DNA from: Acidobacteriota bacterium
GTDB lineage: Bacteria; Acidobacteriota; UBA6911; RPQK01; JAJDTT01
Direction of reading: 5' to 3'
DNA: 64,000 nucleotides
Assembly: GCA_965217775.1 (NCBI GenBank)
Contig: CBDCJH010000002.1
Span: forward strand, 2,368,001-2,432,000
A model generated the notes under the pieces. That model was not told the origin of the DNA, ran no database searches, and was given only the letters and a program-made list of their open reading frames with translations. Shown here piece by piece: positions 1 through 10,456 of this stretch (position 1 is the first letter of the stretch; every line of letters begins with the position of its first letter). A program made the translations under genes and the position numbers.

Positions 1-2706
1 ACCCTGGCTCCAGGGACCGCTCCCGCCAGCAGCACCAGCACCAGCGGGAGCGCCATGGGGAACATCCGGGTCCAGGGCATGCGGCAACGGGACAACGTCA
101 CCTATGTGGACGGGGCTTTGTTTCCCCGTTTTTCCAACTTCAAGCCCAGCACCGACGCCCTCGAGGAGTTCGAGGTCAAGACGGGACTCTACGGGGCCGA
201 GTACGGGATCCGTCCCGGAGGGCAGATCGTGGCGGTCACCCGGAGCGGCGGCAACGACTATCACGGCAACCTGTTCTGGTTTCACCGCAACGACAACCTG
301 GACGCCCGCAACTTTTTCGAGCCCGAGAAGCAGGAATACAAGCGCAATCAGGTGGGGGCCACCTTGGGGGGGCCGATCGGGATTCCTCGCCTGCTGGACG
401 GGCGGGACCGGGCCTGGTTCTTCGTCTCGTACCAGCTCGAGTCCATCCGGGAGATCCGTCCGCTGACGGGAGTCGTGCCCACCGATGCGGAACGGGAGGG
501 CCGTTTCTCCACCATCCTGAGGGATCCGTCCACGGGGAAACCCTTCCCCAACAACACCATTCCTCCGGACCGGATCAATCCGGTGGCGAAGAGGCTTCTG
601 GCCTTCTATCCCCGGCCCAACACGGCGGGGGCGCTCAACTTCACCAGCCCCGACTCCTTCGCACCCTACGACAACCCCCAGTTCATCACGAGGGTCGATT
701 TCAAGGATTCGGAACAGAGCCGCTGGTCGGGGCGCTTCGTCTGGAATTCGGGACCTTACGTCACCGCGCGCCTCATCTCCGCATTCTCCGCCGTCCAGCC
801 TCTCCACGCCTACGGCCAGAGCATCACCAACACGCGGACCCTGGCGGGAGGCCTCACCAACGTGGCCAGCCTGCACTGGACACGAAGGCCCTACATTGCG
901 GCGCCTTCCAATCCCAAATCTGAGGCTTCGAGGGGACTTGGCGTCCCCGAACTCCAAGCCAGCGAAGTGGATCGAATGGGAATCCCCATCGTCCAGATCC
1001 AGGGCTACACCAACCTGGGAGACATCAGTCTTCAGGGACCGTCCATCACCGGGAACTGGCAGATCAAGGAACTGATCAGTTTCCAGCGGGGCGACCACTC
1101 ACTGAAGACCGGCGCCGAGTTCCGGCAGCACTACCTTTTCATCAACATGGAGGCCCGGTCCCAGTTCGACTTCTTCGATCGCTACACCGGGCGCGCGCTC
1201 GGCGATTTCCTTCTCGGCTATCCGGCCCGCACCACTCTGGGAGGGGAGTCCTACCGGGGGAACCTGCACCAGAACGCCCTCTATCTGTTCGTCCAGGACG
1301 ATTGGAAGCTGAGCTCGACGCTGACCCTGACTCTGGGGCTGCGCTACGAGGGGAGGTTCCCGTGGAAGGACAAACGGGGATTCGCCTCCAACTTCGATCC
1401 TCACCGGGGAGCTATTGCGGCGTCCCCCTTGGACCTGGACTTGAAACCGGGCGAGACCGGCCGCTTCCCGGCGGGGATTCCTCTGGTGAGCTGGCGGCGA
1501 AGCGAGGGTTTCCTGCCCCGCGCGGGGATGGCTTGGCGGGTGGGGCCCAGCTCGGTGGTGCGGCTTGGCTACGGCATCTATTCCAACGAGCTGGACAGCG
1601 GGACGCTCTATCGCCTGTCCCGGACTCCGCGGGAGGGCGCCATCCGCTCGACCTTCAATGCGCCCCTGGAAACTCCCAGCCTGAGCTTGTCGGACCCGTT
1701 TCCCGAAACCCTGGCCGGATCGGCTGTTCCCACCATCTATGGAGTGGAGAGCCCGCTGCCCCTCTCTTCGACGCACGTCTGGGGCCTCTCGCTGCAGCAC
1801 AAATTCTCCTCCCTCCTGATGCTGGAGGCGGGATATCTTGGTTCCCACACGGCGAACCAGTTGGATACCGTGTCCATCAACGACGCCCGGCCCGGCACCG
1901 GCGACCGGCAGGCCCGCCGTCCCTTTCCCGAGCTTCAAGCCGTCCATATTCCTATGGCCGACGCTGACTCCCGATACCACGGCATGCAGTTTCGGATCGA
2001 GAGGCGGCCCGGAGCCGAGGGACTCCACTTGAACGGTTCTTTCACTTGGTCGAGCCAGGTCAACACCGGCGGCGGCTGGGAAGGGTCGTATGAGCGGCGC
2101 TATTTCAGGAGCCGGAACCTGCCGCTGCACCTCAACCGCGGACTCTCCGAGCTCCATGTCCGGCGCCGGTTGGTCCTCACTACAGGTTACGAGCCTCCCT
2201 TCGGCCGGGGAAAGCCCTATTTCCAGAGTGGACCTATGGGGGCGATTCTGGGCGGTTGGTCCCTCCAGGCCATCTCCAGTTTCCAGGACGGTCCCTGGTT
2301 CAGCGTCTACCTCCCGGGCGACGCTCTGGACGTGGGCTCCGAGTTTTCTCAGTGGCCGGACCGGATCGGAAACCCGAACCTGCCGCCGGACCAGCGCACG
2401 CCCAGACGGTGGTTCGACACGGATGCCTTCGTCCGACCCGACGGCTTTCGCTACGGCAACGCCGGGCGGACCACGGTGGAGGGTCCCGGCCTGGCCAACG
2501 TGGACCTCTCGCTCCGGCGCTCCTTCCGCCTGACCGAAGGACAGAAGCTGGAGCTGCGCCTGCAGATGTTCAACGCCGCCAACCGCACCAACTTCGTCCT
2601 CCGGCGCAAGGCCAGGGTCAACCAGTTCGGCACGGCCGACTTCGGGGCGCTGGGCGAAGCGTCCCCTGCCCGCCAGGTCCAGGTGGCTCTCAAGTATTCG
2701 TTCTAA
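1..2706 (+). CDS. TonB-dependent receptor (Acidobacteria-type), 5' partial
   Basis: Frame open from base 1; motifs FHRNDNLDARNFF, FVQDDWK...LTLGLRYE, GNAGR...GPG and C-terminal RQVQVALKYSF. Confidence 0.9.
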   Translation, partial: TLAPGTAPASSTSTSGSAMGNIRVQGMRQRDNVTYVDGALFPRFSNFKPSTDALEEFEVKTGLYGAEYGIRPGGQIVAVTRSGGNDYHGNLFWFHRNDNLDARNFFEPEKQEYKRNQVGATLGGPIGIPRLLDGRDRAWFFVSYQLESIREIRPLTGVVPTDAEREGRFSTILRDPSTGKPFPNNTIPPDRINPVAKRLLAFYPRPNTAGALNFTSPDSFAPYDNPQFITRVDFKDSEQSRWSGRFVWNSGPYVTARLISAFSAVQPLHAYGQSITNTRTLAGGLTNVASLHWTRRPYIAAPSNPKSEASRGLGVPELQASEVDRMGIPIVQIQGYTNLGDISLQGPSITGNWQIKELISFQRGDHSLKTGAEFRQHYLFINMEARSQFDFFDRYTGRALGDFLLGYPARTTLGGESYRGNLHQNALYLFVQDDWKLSSTLTLTLGLRYEGRFPWKDKRGFASNFDPHRGAIAASPLDLDLKPGETGRFPAGIPLVSWRRSEGFLPRAGMAWRVGPSSVVRLGYGIYSNELDSGTLYRLSRTPREGAIRSTFNAPLETPSLSLSDPFPETLAGSAVPTIYGVESPLPLSSTHVWGLSLQHKFSSLLMLEAGYLGSHTANQLDTVSINDARPGTGDRQARRPFPELQAVHIPMADADSRYHGMQFRIERRPGAEGLHLNGSFTWSSQVNTGGGWEGSYERRYFRSRNLPLHLNRGLSELHVRRRLVLTTGYEPPFGRGKPYFQSGPMGAILGGWSLQAISSFQDGPWFSVYLPGDALDVGSEFSQWPDRIGNPNLPPDQRTPRRWFDTDAFVRPDGFRYGNAGRTTVEGPGLANVDLSLRRSFRLTEGQKLELRLQMFNAANRTNFVLRRKARVNQFGTADFGALGEASPARQVQVALKYSF

Positions 2707-2899
2707 CCCCACGTTTTCGCGACGATCAGGGTGACCACAACTACCGGGTGGCATGTCATCATGGACGCGTATATTGGTGCGGCTATCAGGTCGCTGGAGA
2801 CACCATGACAGCTTCCGCCGTCGGCCATTTGCGGCAGGTTTCTTTTTACGACGGTGATCGTGAAACGGCAGACTTGCCTTTCGGCACTTGCGTCAAGGA

Positions 2900-3949
2900 A
2901 TGAAAAACGGCAAGCACAGAAGTTCAATCGGAATGCTGGAAGCACACGTACCGGAAGACCTCCGGAATCTGAAGGATCCGGCGCGCGAGTTGCCGCGTCT
3001 CGCGAAAAATCCATCCGCCATGGCGAAGATAGAGTCGGCCATGAGTAGGGTCTCCACGGAGCACAAGGTGTTTCTGGGTGACTCTCGGGACGCCAGCTTT
3101 CCCGCCGGGTCGGTCCACTTGGTTCTGACCTCCCCACCTTACTGGACCCTCAAGAAGTACCACCGCTCCGACGGCCAGTTAGGCTGGATCGAGGATTACG
3201 CCGAGTTCCTGGACCAACTCGACAAGGTCTGGCGCATGTGTTACCGCGTCTTGGTTCCCGGGGGGCGACTCGTCTGCGTGGTGGGGGACGTCTGTCTTTC
3301 GAGACGCAGGAATTCGGGCCGACATACGGTGGTTCCGCTGCACGCCTCCATACAGGAGCGTTGCCGCGATCTGGGATTCGACAATCTCGCGCCGATCATC
3401 TGGAACAAGATTGCCAACGCCACTTACGAAGTCGACCGTGGCGGGGGAGGTTTCCTCGGCAAACCTTATGAGCCCAACGCTGTAGTAAAAAACGACATCG
3501 AGTTCATCCTCATGCAGAGAAAACCGGGAGGTTATCGGAGCCCTTCCTTAGCGGCCAGGACTCTGAGCCTGCTCTCGCGGCAAGACTTCCAGAAGCTCTT
3601 TCGCCAAGTTTGGACCGATATCAGGGGCGCCTCTACGCGCACGCACCCTGCTCCATTTCCGGTGGAATTGGCCGAACGGCTCATCCGAATGTACAGCTTT
3701 GTGGGTGATACCGTGCTGGACCCCTTTATGGGAACCGCCTCGACTCAGGTCGCCGCCATTGCCTGCGGCAGAAACAGCGTCGGCATCGAGGTCGATCCGG
3801 CATACTTCGAGACCGCGCTTAAGCGCCTAGGAAACGAAACCAACCGCCTGTGGAAGGACGTCACGGTAGAGCCTGGCAGGATCGCCGGACGGCACCGAAC
3901 CCCAGCCACCAACACGCGGAAATCGTCAGCATCGCTCGTTGCTGTCTGA
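2900..3949 (+). CDS. Beta-class amino (N4-C/N6-A) DNA methyltransferase
   Basis: TSPPY (motif IV) precedes VLDPFMGTAST (motif I); HPAPFP motif. Start uncertain (2888/2900/2933). Confidence 0.9.
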   Translation: MKNGKHRSSIGMLEAHVPEDLRNLKDPARELPRLAKNPSAMAKIESAMSRVSTEHKVFLGDSRDASFPAGSVHLVLTSPPYWTLKKYHRSDGQLGWIEDYAEFLDQLDKVWRMCYRVLVPGGRLVCVVGDVCLSRRRNSGRHTVVPLHASIQERCRDLGFDNLAPIIWNKIANATYEVDRGGGGFLGKPYEPNAVVKNDIEFILMQRKPGGYRSPSLAARTLSLLSRQDFQKLFRQVWTDIRGASTRTHPAPFPVELAERLIRMYSFVGDTVLDPFMGTASTQVAAIACGRNSVGIEVDPAYFETALKRLGNETNRLWKDVTVEPGRIAGRHRTPATNTRKSSASLVAV

Positions 3950-3958
3950 AGCGAACCC

Positions 3959-4585
3959 GTGATTTCACTCCAAGACGCAATCACTCGCCTCTATCGGATT
4001 GCGGTTCTCGAGGGCAAAGCGACGTCTACGGTTCGGTTGGCAAGACTGGCGGACTACTGTGTCCAAGAGCTTGAGCGGCGAGGACTGAGAGGCGTCGAAA
4101 CAGAGTCTTCGATTCCCGGCGCGGGAAGAAGCAAGCAGTGGGATGTCGCGTGGCGATACGATGGGAAATACCGCCTCGGGATCTCACTGAAGTCCATATT
4201 GAAAAACTTGGGTGGGACCGTCCCCAACAGAATTGACGACTTGATCGGCGAGGCGGCTAACGCACAGCTTCACTCCCCCGAAATCACCATCGGCTACGTC
4301 ATGATCTTCAACGTCGAAAAGGATGTCGTATCGCCGAAATACGGATCGACTTGGGGCGAAGTCGCGGAAGACCGATTGACATCCTTGTCCGGTAGAAGGC
4401 CTCCCGCTTGGGCAACCGGCATGATCGAAGACTTTGTGCTTGTCAAAGTCAACTTCCGTTCATCGGGTTCGATTGTCTCCACCTCCCAGCCATTCGCAGA
4501 TTTCTTCGACACGATCGTGGGACAGGTCGCCCACCGGAACCCGAACGCCCTACCGCAAGTTGAAAGTCAGGCACCGCAAGTCTGA
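3959..4585 (+). CDS. Type II restriction endonuclease, PaeR7I/XhoI-like
   Basis: KQWDV...ISLKS...NRIDDLIGEA resembles this family's PD-(D/E)xK core; starts 9 bp after the MTase. Confidence 0.65.
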   Translation: MISLQDAITRLYRIAVLEGKATSTVRLARLADYCVQELERRGLRGVETESSIPGAGRSKQWDVAWRYDGKYRLGISLKSILKNLGGTVPNRIDDLIGEAANAQLHSPEITIGYVMIFNVEKDVVSPKYGSTWGEVAEDRLTSLSGRRPPAWATGMIEDFVLVKVNFRSSGSIVSTSQPFADFFDTIVGQVAHRNPNALPQVESQAPQV

Positions 4586-4657
4586 CGAGCAGTCGCCAGC
4601 CGATTCAATAACAGCGCGGTGCCACCACACTTCCCTGGCGGCTCATCGAGTGTGCCT

Positions 4658-6274
4658 TCAGTCGAAATCGCGCAGATAAACAGCGTACAGTCTCGGGTCG
4701 GCGTCCGCTTCACGCTCCATGTGGATGCGCAGGCGCACGGTCTGTCCAGCCAGGGCGGACAGATCGCCGCTCGACCATCGGACGGGCACGTCGAGTCCTC
4801 CCTCTCCCTGGGGTACGCCGCTCGCCGGCCCTGAATAGTCGGGCAGCAGGTTGAACGTAGCGTCGGAGATCTCGACCTTCATGAGCCGGGCGTGGTCGGC
4901 GTTGAGCACTACCTGCCAACCCCCTTGGGGCAGGGTCACCGGAGCGGACCAGACCCAACCCTTGGGCTCGTCCAGCCGGGTCGAGCCTTCGGGATAGAGC
5001 CCCAGGGCTCCCCAGCGATCCCGCGGCAGCGTGGCCAGGGCCACCTCCGCATAATACTCCTCCCCGTACTCGGCGTTGCGCCAGCGGCCGTGGTAGATGA
5101 GGGTCTTGTCTCCCACGTTGAGGATCCCGTTTCCCGACTGGCAGAGGATGGTGGGGTAGTTCCTTCCCGGCTCGTTGGTCACCGGGGAATCGTCCCGATG
5201 CAGGTAGACGTGCCCCTTCACCGGCTCGCGGAAGTGGATCCCGTCGTTGCTGACCACCAGGCCGAAATCGGCCGAAATCTTCCCGTGTCCGAACCAGGCC
5301 GCCGGGACGTTCCGGGTCGTGTCCCCGGGGAAGTTGTGCCAGAGCCCGAAGAGGCCCACCAGCACCGAGCCGTAGCTGCGGGCGCCGATGCCCAGATGCA
5401 CCTGATCGTAGGGCTTTCGGCCACCTCGTTTGGAAGGATCCTCCGGCTCCCGGATCAGGAAAGCCGGGGCGTACCCCGACACCCAGTCTTCGAAGTTGGC
5501 CGAGACGGCCGCGTAACCCTGGCGGCCATGGGCATTGCCCCCTTCGCTGTGTCCGCTGGCCTGACCGTGGACCGCGTAGAAACCGTTGTGCTTGTAGACC
5601 CCCGCGATCTCGATGAACTTGTCCACGGCGTCCCGATCCTTGACCTTCCAGTGGATCCCGTCGGGGCTCGTGGCCGACCGGAAGACCCAGGTCGTGCCGT
5701 TGTGGAGGTTGTAGATCATCTTGTAGCGGCGTTGCGGATCCGGCTCCTCCTTATCCTTGAGGACGTGACCGCCATACATGCGCTCCCCCGGCAGATCCAG
5801 CGCGTTGTTTTCGCGGCTCCCCTTGTATTCCACCTGTCCCAGGTTCGGCTTCACCCAGCGGATCCCGTCGTCGCTCTCGGCGTAGCAGACCGGCCCCACC
5901 GTGAACCCGCTCTCAGTCTCTCCCGTACCCAGGCCGTAGTACCACATGCGGTACTTCCCCTGGTCGAAGAGGACCGTCCCGTAGAAATGGGTCGCGATGT
6001 AGTCCGGCTTGCCGGGATCGTCCCGGCTGGGGGTCAATACCGGCTCCAGCCTCGCTTCCGGCTTGGAGTAGTAGAGGGAGACGTTTCGCCAGAGCGGCAA
6101 CAAGTGGTCGTCGATGGCCAGCAGCGGGGCCTCTCCCCGAACCACTCCCGGAACGGTTTCGAAACGGAATCCGTCGGCTTCGGGAGCGTCCGGCCCGCCG
6201 CCGGAACAGCCGGCGCCCAGGTAAAGCATCAGTGAGATGGCGAGAAAGAGGTGGACCCGATGCATCAGATTCAT
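4658..6274 (-). CDS. Secreted beta-propeller glycoside-hydrolase-like protein
   Basis: Signal/lipobox (GAGC); repeated Asp-box-like motifs YAESDDGIRW, SPDGIHW, SNDGIHF. Confidence 0.6.
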   Translation of the reverse strand: MNLMHRVHLFLAISLMLYLGAGCSGGGPDAPEADGFRFETVPGVVRGEAPLLAIDDHLLPLWRNVSLYYSKPEARLEPVLTPSRDDPGKPDYIATHFYGTVLFDQGKYRMWYYGLGTGETESGFTVGPVCYAESDDGIRWVKPNLGQVEYKGSRENNALDLPGERMYGGHVLKDKEEPDPQRRYKMIYNLHNGTTWVFRSATSPDGIHWKVKDRDAVDKFIEIAGVYKHNGFYAVHGQASGHSEGGNAHGRQGYAAVSANFEDWVSGYAPAFLIREPEDPSKRGGRKPYDQVHLGIGARSYGSVLVGLFGLWHNFPGDTTRNVPAAWFGHGKISADFGLVVSNDGIHFREPVKGHVYLHRDDSPVTNEPGRNYPTILCQSGNGILNVGDKTLIYHGRWRNAEYGEEYYAEVALATLPRDRWGALGLYPEGSTRLDEPKGWVWSAPVTLPQGGWQVVLNADHARLMKVEISDATFNLLPDYSGPASGVPQGEGGLDVPVRWSSGDLSALAGQTVRLRIHMEREADADPRLYAVYLRDFD

Positions 6275-6323
6275 GACTCCTCCAAGTTGGAAATCCGGCC
6301 GCGACGATACAGCCGGAGCGTCG

Positions 6324-6704
6324 TTACCTCTGGTCCTGCGGCTTCACGTCGGGAGGCGCGCCGACGAAGAGCCACCAGCAGTCCTCGTCGGTGTGATTGT
6401 AGACCGACCTCATGGGCTCGGGAGGAAAGTAGATGGCCGTGTTCTCCTCCACCTCGTATTCGTCGTCATCGACTCTCACCATGGCTCGGCCCTTCATCAG
6501 GTAGTAGACCTCCTCCATGGTGAAGTGCCGGTGATGCTCCACGCTTCCTCCGGGCGCCAACCGCCCCACCGACATCCGCAGATGGCCGGGGAGCCCGAAG
6601 GCGTCGTTGAAGGACTTGTGCTCCAGGGTCTCCTGCTTCGCGGCGATGTCCGCCAGATCCACGAAACGAACCGGTTTGCATGCCTTGGACCTGTCTTTGT
6701 TCAT
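6324..6704 (-). CDS. Cupin domain protein
   Basis: HHRHFTMEEVYYLMKG cupin motif. Confidence 0.85.
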   Translation of the reverse strand: MNKDRSKACKPVRFVDLADIAAKQETLEHKSFNDAFGLPGHLRMSVGRLAPGGSVEHHRHFTMEEVYYLMKGRAMVRVDDDEYEVEENTAIYFPPEPMRSVYNHTDEDCWWLFVGAPPDVKPQDQR

Positions 6705-6782
6705 TCTTTCGACCTCCCGTCCGTAGTTGTATCGTCCGTCAACAGCTCATTTACCCTCTCGGAGGCGCCGTGACAAGAACCG

Positions 6783-7583
6783 TTACCAGGCCAGCCAGCC
6801 GCCGTCCACGCAGAGGACCTGTCCGGTGACGAACGAAGCCGCGTCCGACGCCAGGTAGATGACGGCTCCTTGCAGGTCCTCCCCCGTCCCCGGGCGTTTC
6901 AACGGGGTGCGCTGAATCATTCGGGACCAGGTGTCCCTGGGGACGGCCGTTTTCAGCCGTTCGGTCCGGATCATCCCGGGACTGATGGCGTTGACCCGGA
7001 TCTTGTATTCCGCCCAATAGGTGGCCAAGGCCCGGGTCATGCTGATCACGGCTCCCTTGCTGGCCGAATAGGCCAGATCCTCACGGGTCGGGTTGCCTGG
7101 AGGGTGAGAAACCGAAGGGTCCACTCCCACGTGCCCGTAGACCGAGGCGATGTTGATGATGCACCCGCCCCCCTGGGGCACCATGATCCGGCCGGCCCTC
7201 TGGGAACAGAGAAAGGTCCCGGTGGAGTTGACGTCGAAGACCCTCTGCCAGACCTCCAGGGGGGCGTCGAGGGTGATGGCGTGGATGGAGATCCCGGCGT
7301 TGTTCACCAGCACGTCGAGGCGCCCGAAACGGTCCTCGGTGGCCGCCATCATGCGGTCGACGTCGTCGGGACGGGAGACGTCCGCCTCCACTCCCAACCC
7401 GTCCCGTCCCCGCCGGCGTATTCGCCGGGCGGCGGCTTCGGCCAGAGTCCCGTCCAGATCCCCGATGACCAGGTCGGCGCCGGCCTCGGCCAGGGCCAGG
7501 GCCAGATCCTCTCCGAGACCCGATCCGGCTCCGGTGACGACTGCGACCTTGCCCTCGAGGCTGAACCGATCGGACACTGGCAT
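6783..7583 (-). CDS. Short-chain dehydrogenase/reductase
   Basis: TGAGSGLG, NNAG and YSASK motifs; likely start MPVSDRF at 7583. Confidence 0.9.
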   Translation of the reverse strand: MPVSDRFSLEGKVAVVTGAGSGLGEDLALALAEAGADLVIGDLDGTLAEAAARRIRRRGRDGLGVEADVSRPDDVDRMMAATEDRFGRLDVLVNNAGISIHAITLDAPLEVWQRVFDVNSTGTFLCSQRAGRIMVPQGGGCIINIASVYGHVGVDPSVSHPPGNPTREDLAYSASKGAVISMTRALATYWAEYKIRVNAISPGMIRTERLKTAVPRDTWSRMIQRTPLKRPGTGEDLQGAVIYLASDAASFVTGQVLCVDGGWLAW

Positions 7584-7588
7584 GCCGG

Positions 7589-9355
7589 TCAGAACAGTCC
7601 CTGGACCCGACCGGTTTCGGTATCGACGTCGATCCCTCGGTAGGCAGGCCGGGAACCGGTTCCGGGCAAAAGATGGATTCCGCCGGCCACCGGGACCACC
7701 AGTCCGGCGCCGCGGTAGAGCAGGATGTCCCGAATCGGAAGCTCCCAGCCCCGTGGCCGGCCCTTCAACTGCGGATCGTGGGAGAGACTCAGATTGGTCT
7801 TGGCCATGCAGAGCCCCAGCGAGCGGTTTCCGGGATCGCTCTCCAGCCGCTCCAGCTTGCGCCGGGCTTCCGGCGAGTAGCTCACGCTCGCGGCTCCGTA
7901 GACCTGGGTGGCGATGCACTCGATCCGTTCGCCGAGACCGCTCTCAAGATCGTAGAGAAACCGGAATTCCTGTTTCTGTTCGCAGGCCGCCACCACCGCC
8001 TCGGCCAACTCCACGGCCCCCTCGCCTCCCTTGAGCCAGTGGTCGGACATGGCGAAAGGTGCCCCGGCCTCATCCGCGACCCGCTTCACCACGGCGATCT
8101 CCGCGTCGGAATCGGTGACGAACCGATTGACGCAGACCACCGGTTGGATGCCGCTCTTCCGGACGATGTCGATATGGGCCAGCAGATTGGTGCACCCTCG
8201 TTCCACCAGCTCCAGGTTCTCTTCGGTGTAGGCCGGGCCCAGAGGCTGGCCCGGGCGTACTCGAGGACCGCCCCCGTGACTCTTGAGGGCCCGGATCGTG
8301 GCCACCAACACCACGGCGTCGGGCTGGAGTCCCGAGTACCGGCACTTGAGGTTCCAGAACTTCTCGTAGCCGATGTCGGACCCGAACCCGCTTTCGGTGA
8401 CCAGGTAGTCGGTCAGCAGGGTTCCCATTCGGTCGGCGATGACGGAGCTCTGGCCCAAGGCGATGTTGGCGAAGGGACCCGCGTGCACCAGCATCGGCTG
8501 CCCCTCGATGGTCTGAAGCAGGTTGGGATGCACCGCGTCGGTCATCCAGGCCGTCATGGCCCCGGCCACTTGCAGGTCGGAAGTGGTGACTTCCCTGCCC
8601 TCGCGGTCCCAAGCCACCACGATTCTGCCGATCCGCTCCCTCAGGTCCGCCAAGTCCCGGGAGACGGCCAGAATCGCCATCAGCTCGCTGGAGGCGGTGA
8701 TCTGAAAACCCGACTCCATGGGATAGCCGTCCATCTTGCCGCCGTTCCCGATGTTGATCCGGCGCAGGGACTGGGCGCAGAAATCGATGGCCCACTTCAT
8801 CTCCACCCGGCCGGGGTCCAGGTCGAGACGGCTCAGGCCCAACGACTCCAGCTTGCGGTCGTCGTAGTTGCGCTCGTGCTGCATCCTGGCGGTCAGGGCC
8901 ACCATGGCCAGGTTGTGGGCATTGGTGATGGAATCCAGGTCTCCGGTGAGCCGGATCGAGAGCGGGGCCAGCGGTATGCACTGGGAGAGGCCGCCGCCGG
9001 CGCCGGAGCCCTTGAGGTTGAAGGTGGGTCCGCCGCTGGGCTGGCGGATGGCGCCCGCCACTCTGCAGCCGATCCGGGCCAAGCCCTGTACCAGTCCGAT
9101 GGTGGTGGTGGTCTTCCCCTCCCCGAGGGGGGTCGGAGTGATGGCGGTCACGTCAATGTACCGCCCACGAGTGGAGCCTTCGAGCCGTTCCATGACCGCC
9201 CGGTGATCCACTTTTGCGAGTCCCCGGCCCGCGGGAATCAACTCCTCCGCCCGAAGGCCCAACTCCGAGCCCAATTGGTCGAGGGGCTTGGACGACCTCT
9301 CTGCCGCCTCGGCCAACTGCCAGCCTTTCAGCTTCGTGGGATCCAAGCTCATCAT
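7589..9355 (-). CDS. fhs: Formate--tetrahydrofolate ligase
   Basis: TAITPTPLGEGKTTT, HAGPFANIA, VTESGFGSDIGYEKF; likely start MMSLDPTK. Confidence 0.95.
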   Translation of the reverse strand: MMSLDPTKLKGWQLAEAAERSSKPLDQLGSELGLRAEELIPAGRGLAKVDHRAVMERLEGSTRGRYIDVTAITPTPLGEGKTTTTIGLVQGLARIGCRVAGAIRQPSGGPTFNLKGSGAGGGLSQCIPLAPLSIRLTGDLDSITNAHNLAMVALTARMQHERNYDDRKLESLGLSRLDLDPGRVEMKWAIDFCAQSLRRINIGNGGKMDGYPMESGFQITASSELMAILAVSRDLADLRERIGRIVVAWDREGREVTTSDLQVAGAMTAWMTDAVHPNLLQTIEGQPMLVHAGPFANIALGQSSVIADRMGTLLTDYLVTESGFGSDIGYEKFWNLKCRYSGLQPDAVVLVATIRALKSHGGGPRVRPGQPLGPAYTEENLELVERGCTNLLAHIDIVRKSGIQPVVCVNRFVTDSDAEIAVVKRVADEAGAPFAMSDHWLKGGEGAVELAEAVVAACEQKQEFRFLYDLESGLGERIECIATQVYGAASVSYSPEARRKLERLESDPGNRSLGLCMAKTNLSLSHDPQLKGRPRGWELPIRDILLYRGAGLVVPVAGGIHLLPGTGSRPAYRGIDVDTETGRVQGLF

Positions 9356-9386
9356 GGCCACGGTGAATTGAGCCTCTTGTGCCCGG

Positions 9387-10454
9387 CTATGCCAGGTTGG
9401 GATTCGCGAACCAGCCCTGGTCCGCAAGTGTTTCGTATGCGATCTTGATTTGCCGCTGAGTGAACTGCTCCTTCCGGTCGTTCCATGCGTAGGTGCGGTC
9501 AACCACATCAGCAAGAGTCTGTGCCTTCTCCCGGGTGACGACCCAGTGGACTGTGGCCAACAACTCCAGCCCGTATGCAGACTCGAACCCCTCGACCAGT
9601 TGCCGGACCTTGTTGAAACGCTGCCGCGTGGCAGGAAACCCGTCCAGGTAACGAGTGGCGTCCTCAATTGCGCCGGCGACCAGTTCAAGGTGGATGCCGG
9701 GCGTATCGTCCCCGCCGGTATATCCGGAGACGTAGTGTCCCTCAACCTTGAGCAGAACGTGGCGCAGATTTACCGCATAGGGTCCGTAGAACCCTTTCAT
9801 ATACCTGAGTCGCAAGCGTTCTCCGGCTTCCTGCATGAAGTACATGAGCTTGTGGACCTCGAGCAGCGTCACGAACGGATCCAACAAGCCTCGCAGGTAG
9901 ATGTCCATCAGTCCAACCAGAGTTGCCCGCCCCGGAGTCATTGCAGGCACATTGGTCGAACGATTGACACGCGTATCCGCTGGTCCGCCCCCAGGCTCGA
10001 ATATGACGATCTCGACGCCATACAGTTCCTGTAGTTCCGCCTCCATTCGAGCGCGCACCTCCACCCATACCAAGCCGCCCAAGCCACTTCCAAGCGGAGG
10101 AATCGCGATGGAGCGGATACGGTGCGAGCGGATTGAATTCGCGAGTGACTCCAAGCCGGATTCAATATCTTCCATTCGACTCTTGCCCCGCCAATGCCGC
10201 TTGGTCGGGAAGTTGATGATATAGCGGGGTGGATGCATTTTGCCCGTATCGTAGACGAACACGCAGCCTGGCTTCATTCTGCCCTGTTTGCATTCAGTTT
10301 CGTACGCCTTGAAGTTATCGGGGAACCTGCGCTTGAACTGCAACGCGACACCACGTCCCATGACGCCGACGCAGTTGACGGTATTGACCAGGGCTTCGCT
10401 GTCTTCAGTGAGGATATCGCCGATCTTGTATTCGATCATGGCTGTTTGTCCCAT
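9387..10454 (-). CDS. darG: DarG antitoxin (macrodomain DNA ADP-ribosyl glycohydrolase)
   Basis: ALVNTVNCVGVMGRGVALQFK, INFPTKRHW, PPLGSGLGG, C-terminal LELLATVHW; follows darT. Confidence 0.92.
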   Translation of the reverse strand: MGQTAMIEYKIGDILTEDSEALVNTVNCVGVMGRGVALQFKRRFPDNFKAYETECKQGRMKPGCVFVYDTGKMHPPRYIINFPTKRHWRGKSRMEDIESGLESLANSIRSHRIRSIAIPPLGSGLGGLVWVEVRARMEAELQELYGVEIVIFEPGGGPADTRVNRSTNVPAMTPGRATLVGLMDIYLRGLLDPFVTLLEVHKLMYFMQEAGERLRLRYMKGFYGPYAVNLRHVLLKVEGHYVSGYTGGDDTPGIHLELVAGAIEDATRYLDGFPATRQRFNKVRQLVEGFESAYGLELLATVHWVVTREKAQTLADVVDRTYAWNDRKEQFTQRQIKIAYETLADQGWFANPNLA

Positions 10455-10456
10455 GG

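Noticed and set aside
1099-2754. Long antisense ORFs here and opposite most genes
   Set aside because: Expected from GC-rich codon bias
9356-9745. Apparent N-terminal extension of Fhs
   Set aside because: Overlaps darG in another frame; Fhs-like sequence begins at 9355
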